NCBI GenBank assembly: GCA_951406725.2
Contig: OX597817.1
Location: forward strand, 117,242,001 to 117,306,000
DNA length: 64,000 bases
Direction of reading: 5' to 3'
DNA from: Octopus vulgaris
Taxonomy: Eukaryota
Position 1 is the stretch's first letter; each line of letters begins with the position of its first letter. The position numbers and the translations under genes are program-made. Under the pieces are notes generated by a model. The model did not search any database, was not told where the DNA came from, and was given only the letters and a program-made list of their open reading frames with translations. Shown piece by piece: positions 56,828 through 64,000 of this stretch.

Positions 56828-56927
56828 NNNNNNNNNNNNNNNNNNNNNNNNNNNNNNNNNNNNNNNNNNNNNNNNNNNNNNNNNNNNNNNNNNNNNNNNN
56901 NNNNNNNNNNNNNNNNNNNNNNNNNNN
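56828..56927. other. Assembly gap (100 N)
   Basis: Run of n in the sequence. Confidence 1.
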
Positions 56928-58380
56928 ATATATCTGTTCTGTTAAAGAATTGCCCTGATCATGTAATAATCCTAGGAAATATTTCTGTAATATTATTATA
57001 CTTGCTTAATTCTATTTTCTTTTGAGCTTAAAGCTTCTATATTCTCTCCATCTAATATACATTTAATTTCATGATGGATGTAATAGAGAACTTCATTTTA
57101 TCTTCGGACAGTTATATAAAGGACACTGAACGAGTAGAATGAAATCTATTGAATGATATATCATAATGTTTTGGATTACTCAAAGCTAGACCGACTGGCA
57201 ATTAGAATGAAAATGTTAGAACGCGGTGATATCATTAACTCTTGTACTAATAGCGGTAGGTAATTAGTGAGGTATTGTTAATCAATGTAATTGCTACATT
57301 TGAGTGTAATCATGCAAGTTGAGGAGCATCTATAAAAAGAAACTATTCATTGAGGTAGAAACTCCGAAATTTTGTTCCTGAATTCAAGATAATTATACAC
57401 GAGAAGTTGTTAAATGAACAAAGAGATATTCTAAACGAGATAAACTAAGCTCTAAATATAAGTATAACCGTTAAAACCTTAAACATTTTACATTTTTCAC
57501 TGATTGCTAGCAAATAATATTTGAAAATTATCTATTTCTAATATTCTTCGATTTGAAAATGTATCTTATAGTCCTCTGATTTTCATGTTAGCTATGTGTA
57601 TCTGTATTATTGCACCAGTTATACAGTGTTTGCATATAGGATAGCAATATTTGGATATCATCAGTTCTTTTAGTCTTCAATAGACATGTTTCCTCCATAT
57701 TATTTGCTGTCCTGACATCTGGGAAACCAATAAATTCTTAATTATGTAGATTAGAAAGCAAGAGAAATGACTCAAATGTACTAACAAACATCCAATCAAA
57801 GATAGCAAAATACTGTTATATAAAAGATGCTGGTGTTCTATGCCCCATAACTACTTTAATCATTGCAAAGTTCATTGCAATATTCACAGTTAAATAGCTT
57901 AACTAATAAATATACAACTATTGAAGTGACTTCCTCTTTTGCCTCCAGCTCTATACCTCACACGCATGCAAACACACACGCACGCACGCACACACACACA
58001 CAACACAACACAAAAGCAATTATACATAGTACACGGAGGCAGAGAAACACACGCAGAAGTACACTCAGGGACGTGTACGCACATACACATACGCGTACGA
58101 ACAAAAATATAAGCCGCAGAGACTCTTGCCTTCTTAACATCACCAACCTTAATACAACATGTATATAACCAGTAATTTTAAAACCTAATCTCGTCACTCC
58201 AACCAACTATCCATGCTATTACCATTACGCAGTGATCCAGAGCATTTAATTATACACCCAAATTTTTACAGCTCTTTCTCTGTATGGTGAAATACCTAAA
58301 TCTACTGCCGACAAAGCTACTATTTCTTCCATTTCTAAGTACGCATAAATAATGGTCGTATTTATAAACAATAAATTTCT

Positions 58381-58796
58381 TTGTGAGGAAGACATCCAGC
58401 GAAAGCGACCGGATCTGTGAAGCGTGAAGAATTGAATTCTTCACGACGACAATGCATCCTGTCACCGAATTCTCCTCACCCATGAGTTTCTCGCCAGAGA
58501 CAACATGGTATCAATTCCGGACTCACCCTATTAACCAGATTTAGCATCTGCGGACTTCCATCTCTTCCTCAAGATGAAAATGCAGCGCAAAGGTCACCGT
58601 TTTAAAACCGTTGTCGAGATCCAGAATGAATCGCAGATGGTCGTCGGTTCGCTTACGGAAAACGACTTCCAAGATGGATACCAAAAATGGCAGGAATGCT
58701 TAAACCGGTGTGTGACTATTCCGAAGGTAAAGAAAAAGTGTTTTTTTCTCTTTATTAAACATAACTACGCCGTGAACCTTTTCATGCCACCTCGTA
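58381..58796 (+). mobile_element. Mariner (DD34D-type) transposase C-terminal remnant with probable right TIR
   Basis: HDDNASCH, SPY*PDLASADFHLFLKMK...KGHRF, YQKWQECLNRCV; ends cttttcatgccacctcgta. Confidence 0.88.
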
Positions 58797-59683
58797 TATC
58801 AGTCCGAAGGTAATGAATACGCTAACATCTACGCTTGTCATCATTCTCGGTGTGTGTCACCTACTCTTTCTTAATGTAAATATATTACTCCATCTCCCAA
58901 TACAGAAACGTAACCATTTTCATTGACTTGTAACAGACGATGTTACATTTTTTTGTTTATAAAATATATGATTGATGGAGTTACATCCAAGGCCATCCCC
59001 GTTTTTTTTTGTGAATACAGTGCACCCACGATTATATTATCCAATTATTTATTTTTTTATAGATGGTAGGTTCTAATAAACGGAAGATTTTGTTGCAATT
59101 TATTGCAGGTTGAATGTCCATATAGAAAGCCTTTCATTGCCTACCGGTTTCTTATAGTTATCCACAGGCGTTTAAGATGAACATCAACCACATCAAATTA
59201 ACCTATCTGAGAGGCGTCTACAAAGATATGAGTGACATTCTTGCTTGACTCTTTACATGTTACAAAATGAAAAAGAATAACAATCAATCCCTCAAAAACT
59301 ACTTTCATGGAACAACTTAAACAAATAATTTCAGTATTTCGGCTTCATAACGAATCAATTTGCAGCTAAAAAGTATGAGCCAGTAAGATGTGATTTTACA
59401 ATTAATGCATTCAGTAAATTCTCCAGAATATGAACTAAATATTTAACAAAATATAAAGGTATCACGTTACTGAAACAATATAGCGGGAACGTCTGACAGA
59501 GAATATAGAAGCGTAAATTTAAAAATATACTACACAGCTTCTGCAAATGTCATTCTGTCCCGAAATTCAAGGATTTAGTTTTAGAAGCAACTAACATAAC
59601 GAAAGTAAATATGACTACAATCAAAACAGTGTATAGAGGAATCTTAAAGATCTCCAACCGCTACTAGTTAACTTGCCAACATT

Positions 59684-59736
59684 ATGTATGTATGTATGTA
59701 TGTATGTATGTATGTATGTATGTATGTATGTATGTA
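59684..59736. repeat. (TATG)n microsatellite
   Basis: Read directly from the sequence. Confidence 0.97.
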
Positions 59737-59742
59737 TTTAGA

Positions 59743-59918
59743 GTTAATCTAAACAAGAAAACACAAAAAACACAACAACGCGAGGACGTGGAACAAATAT
59801 AGTATTATTGGACGCTCAGGAAAGAAGGGAACAAGGATGGTTTAACATTTCGAGTGGAGCTCTTCGTCGGAAACATAGGAGAAGGAAAGATCCAGAGAAG
59901 GGAAGACAGAGGAAAAAA
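59743..59918 (-). mobile_element. Second copy of the 41424-41617 repeat
   Basis: Shared acaacaacgcgaggacgtggaacaaatatagtattattggacgctcaggaaagaagg and ggagctcttcgtcggaaacataggagaaggaaagatccagagaagggaagacagag. Confidence 0.8.
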
Positions 59919-59992
59919 GTGTATGTATGTATTTATGTAAATATGAATGAATACACACACATATATATATATACATATAGATATATACATAC

Positions 59993-60079
<87 letters not shown>

Positions 60080-60899
60080 AAATAGACTATATCGGTACCA
60101 GTTCCCTATATTATTTCCCTTAAGACTAGTGTCAGTCTGCTTGAGTAAGTGGTGCAGGTACGTACCAGCTGAATATGTGGATAGGTGAATTGTGTATGCT
60201 ATTCTCACTGAAATTTCAAAACTAAACATGAAAATTCTTCCCTTTCTTAAAGGTATGGCAACAGCATTCCATTTCAGTAGCGATGATGCCATAAACCCTG
60301 GAATAAGCAGAATAGAGCTTGGAATGTGCAGCCATCTTTAACTACACGCTACTGTTTGTTGTTGTTGTTTTCCCTTGCTTTCCTTTTATTCAACTCGACT
60401 TCTTTGTTTTTCCTTTTGTTTTACAAACATTTTTTCCCTCTTTCTTCTGGGTAGATATCTCATCACTGACGCTCGAAACAAAACGAATTGAAATGATAAA
60501 AATATAAAATATTAGAAACAAAAGCATTGACCAAACAAAGAAAACAGCCTTTTTGTTCCGTCGTTACAGAAAGTAGTAAAGTAATGCAGCTCGTTGCTCA
60601 CTGTGTACATTGTGAGGAAATACACGTTAGAAATGTATTCATCTACGTTGAAGTTTCCTTCATTTGCATCAGTGATTTTTCACTGATATTTACATTTAAA
60701 AAAAAGGGAACAGAGGAACACGGTATGGTAAATGTGTATATTTGGCTCTATATGGAAGTGCATAGCTCGTTGTGTAAATTGAATACCACATATACAGCTG
60801 CAGAAGGCGCAATTTATACGTGTATACACACACGCGCGTTAAAAGCATAATGGCGCATGTTTATGTATGTATAAATGCAGTCATTCATGTCCATGTATT

Positions 60900-61653
60900 T
60901 AATCCTTACTCATTTTATGTATGACACTCTTCGTATATGTATGGATGTATGTGTATGCATGGATGTATAAACACACGAAATTCAATAGCTTTATTGGATC
61001 TGTTAGTAATTTCCTCCCTCTCTAATATGTATATAGACACGTATATATAGACACAAACATACACGCACATGCACACACACACACACACACACATGCACAT
61101 AGACGCATATGTATTATGTGTGTATGCTTGTATATATATATGTATGTATGAGTCCGTGCAAGTATTTGCGTGTGTATTTGTATTCACGCATTTGTAAATA
61201 TTCATACAAGCACAGATAGCCTACATGTATAGATATGTACTATCACACATAGATATACACATAAACATATATATATACACGCACATGCATATATATATAC
61301 ATACACATATATATATATACATATATATATGTGTGTATGTACATATATATATATATATATATATACATGCATTTATATACTTGTGTGTAAATACATATGT
61401 TTATATGTGTGTGTGTGTATGTGTGTACAGAAATTTTTTATTGATCATGCTAATATTATTGACGTGAGAAATGTAATGTATGTTTCTACATCATCCTATC
61501 TGCTTTGTTTTCCTGTTGGTTTCATCGATTAATCTATTCTATTTCTTTTTTTTACTGTATCTATCAAAAATATTACATACAACTATGTATGTGCGTACGT
61601 CTTTGTGTGTTTAATTGTGTATATGCTCATAAAATGTAGAATAGATACAAAAA

Positions 61654-61710
<57 letters not shown>

Positions 61711-61885
61711 ATAGATATATATATATATATATAAAATGAACGTGTGTGTGCGTATGTATAAATGTGCATATGCACATGAAATGTTTGAAAAAATACAAAA
61801 CCGCATATATATGTACATGAGTTCATATATGTATGCATATGCGTATTTATATATATATATATACACATATATATATAGCATATAC
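60900..61885. repeat. Degenerate (TA)/(CA)/(TG) low-complexity tract
   Basis: Read directly from the sequence. Confidence 0.9.
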
Positions 61886-63472
61886 TAGCTAAATGTTATC
61901 ATGTGTGTTTTTATATGTGCAGTCTGTATACATTTTCATATTCCTCTATTTGAATAGCTGTCCGTGCTTCTTCTGTAGGTGTTTCACTTGTGATACAAAC
62001 AAATTTGCTTTGTCAAGGTTTTGTTTCAACATTTTCCACCATTCTTCTTTCTTCTTTTTTTTTGTTGTTTGTTTCTACAGAGATTAGAATTGTTTTTCCC
62101 ATGCTTTCCCCTTTCTTTGCTAATCTTCATATTAAAAAGAAAAGAAATGAAAACGAATAATGAAAGGTAATGTATAAATATATTTTGTATAAAACAAAAG
62201 GCAAGTAAATTTCAAATTTTTTTTTTTTAAATCCAAATTATTCTTTATGTGACAAGTATTCAGAGAACTAAGAAAGTAGACAAAAGATGAATATATATAT
62301 GGGTGGGGGGATGGGTGGGGGTTGTTCGTTTGTGTATTATGGTTTCTTCCTGTAGAGTTAAAATACTTTCTGCATTAAGAAATTAAAAGAAAATTCAACA
62401 AATATTTTTCAGTAATAGACAGAAAAGCAGAAGACAAACAAATTGATTTATTTCTTTAATTGTAACAATTCCTTCCACCATACTTTTAGCGTAGCAGCGC
62501 ATACTTCCAAATTCGAAGATAGAATCTCCATTTCTGTTTCTTCGAAATTGATTTTAAATGTCTGAACGTTGAAAAATATCAATAGTAGCTGTATTAACTG
62601 GAAACTACTCGCCGTGAGAAAAGAAAGATGTCAATATAATTGTTAGAATTGCAACAAAGGTATATCTTACGGAATGTATATCTTTGAGAGATGCGCTTCA
62701 ACTAAACAAAAGCAATAATGTGCATTGTAGTAAGGTACTTCGTCATTGTTACAATTCTAGTCTATTATAACTCCTGTCTCGTTCAAGTTAATGTTAAAGT
62801 TATTCTATCTTTATGTCTAGTTTAAGATTCCCATTAACCAGTACGAATACATTTTTACGTCAAGGACAAACTTTGAAATCAGGAATCAACTCTCAATTTG
62901 TACACATAAGAAAACTGCATATGTTTCACTCAATAGGAATGACATTTGGAGATTCATCGTTGAGCAGTTCCATATCTGAATGTCTTGAAACTGATTCAGT
63001 GGAAAATCAGCTAAATATTTCATCATTTAAGTTTGACATAATTTTGTCTTTTTACTTTTTTATGTGTCTTTTAGTTCAATCCATAAGAAATTAGAGACTT
63101 ACTTCCCCCACAAAATTAATGACAATTAAAGAAAACTCATCTTCGATAATTTAATTTTGACGCTGTAAATATAGTATTTTACATGTAACGTGAGATTTTG
63201 AAAAGAGTGTAGGAGTGACTTATATTTTATAGTTTACCGGAAAAAGAGATATAACGTTACCCGTTTTTTGATAAAAGGTCGCAGAGAAATAAACCCATCA
63301 ATCAATTACGTGACTGAAAAAGCGCTCCGAGCAAGATTTGAACTTTAGTGCAAAAGCAGCCTTATGCACCAGGTACTATAGAAGTTATAAGTTACAACTC
63401 ATTGTACTTGATCATCGATAAATATCTTGGAATAAAAGGCAAATATTTGCGACAAAGAACATCCACATTTCA

Positions 63473-63865
63473 GGCGCAGACATGTGTGTATGATTGAGAA
63501 ATTTGCTTTGCAACCTCGTGGCTTCAGGTTCCGTTTCAGTGTGTGGCACTTTAAGCAAGTGTCTTCTCGCACTACAACTTCGGGTCAACCAATGTCTTTT
63601 GATTGAATATGGGGAACGAAATCTGTGTGCAAGCCTGCCGTATGTGTGTGCACATGCAAATGTGTGTATGTGCATGTGTGTGTTTGCCTTTGTGCTTCAC
63701 CACCACACAGCTTCACAACTGACGTTGGTTTAACTACGTGACTTAGCAGTTCAAGAAAAAGGGAAGAACAAAATAAGTAATGTGGGTGATTTCTTCGCCT
63801 AAACCCTTCAAGGGGGCCCCCTAGCATGGTTAAAATCCGATCCATGAAAGAAGTGAAAGAAAAAA
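63473..63865 (+). mobile_element. tRNA-derived SINE (47.9 kb family), diverged
   Basis: ggcgcagacatgtgtgtatgattgagaaatttgc...tcaggttccgtttcagtgtgtggcactttaagcaagtgtcttct. Confidence 0.75.
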
Positions 63866-64000
63866 GATACGTTAGTCAGAATGTAATTGGAGCTGTGTCC
63901 GTGAAATTTTCAAGACGACTAGATTGTTGGGATTTCTATGTTTTTGTTTACCCAACTTGAATATCTGAAGAGCATTTCTAACTGCAAACATTCAATGTTA

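Noticed and set aside
56828-57025. C-terminal extension of the RT ORF to 57025
   Set aside because: It reads through an N gap; the sequence after the gap is unrelated AT-rich DNA.

Overview
AT-rich, microsatellite- and transposon-dense animal DNA. The repeat types (Meta-core tRNA SINEs, Dong/R4 LINEs in AAT arrays, Penelope-like remnants) and the cadherin remnants suggest a coleoid cephalopod, probably Octopus; this is an inference. I see no intact host gene. Most entries in the ORF track are microsatellite artefacts or transposon fragments. Manual translation of the apparently empty stretches shows four same-strand (+), head-to-tail, heavily decayed protocadherin-like ectodomain relics at about 0-3, 12.4-15.6, 24.2-26.8 and 33.4-38.6 kb. 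Three of them are split by later SINE/LINE insertions, so this looks like a dead part of a tandem protocadherin cluster. Other notable structure: three different Dong/R4 retrotransposons stacked in one (AAT)n array; several minimal hammerhead-ribozyme-like motifs in Penelope-type repeats; a ~480 bp near-perfect palindrome; a diverged ~330 bp non-coding duplication; and a nearly intact CR1-group LINE cut off by a 100-N gap. All family assignments come from motif recognition by eye, and boundaries are approximate.
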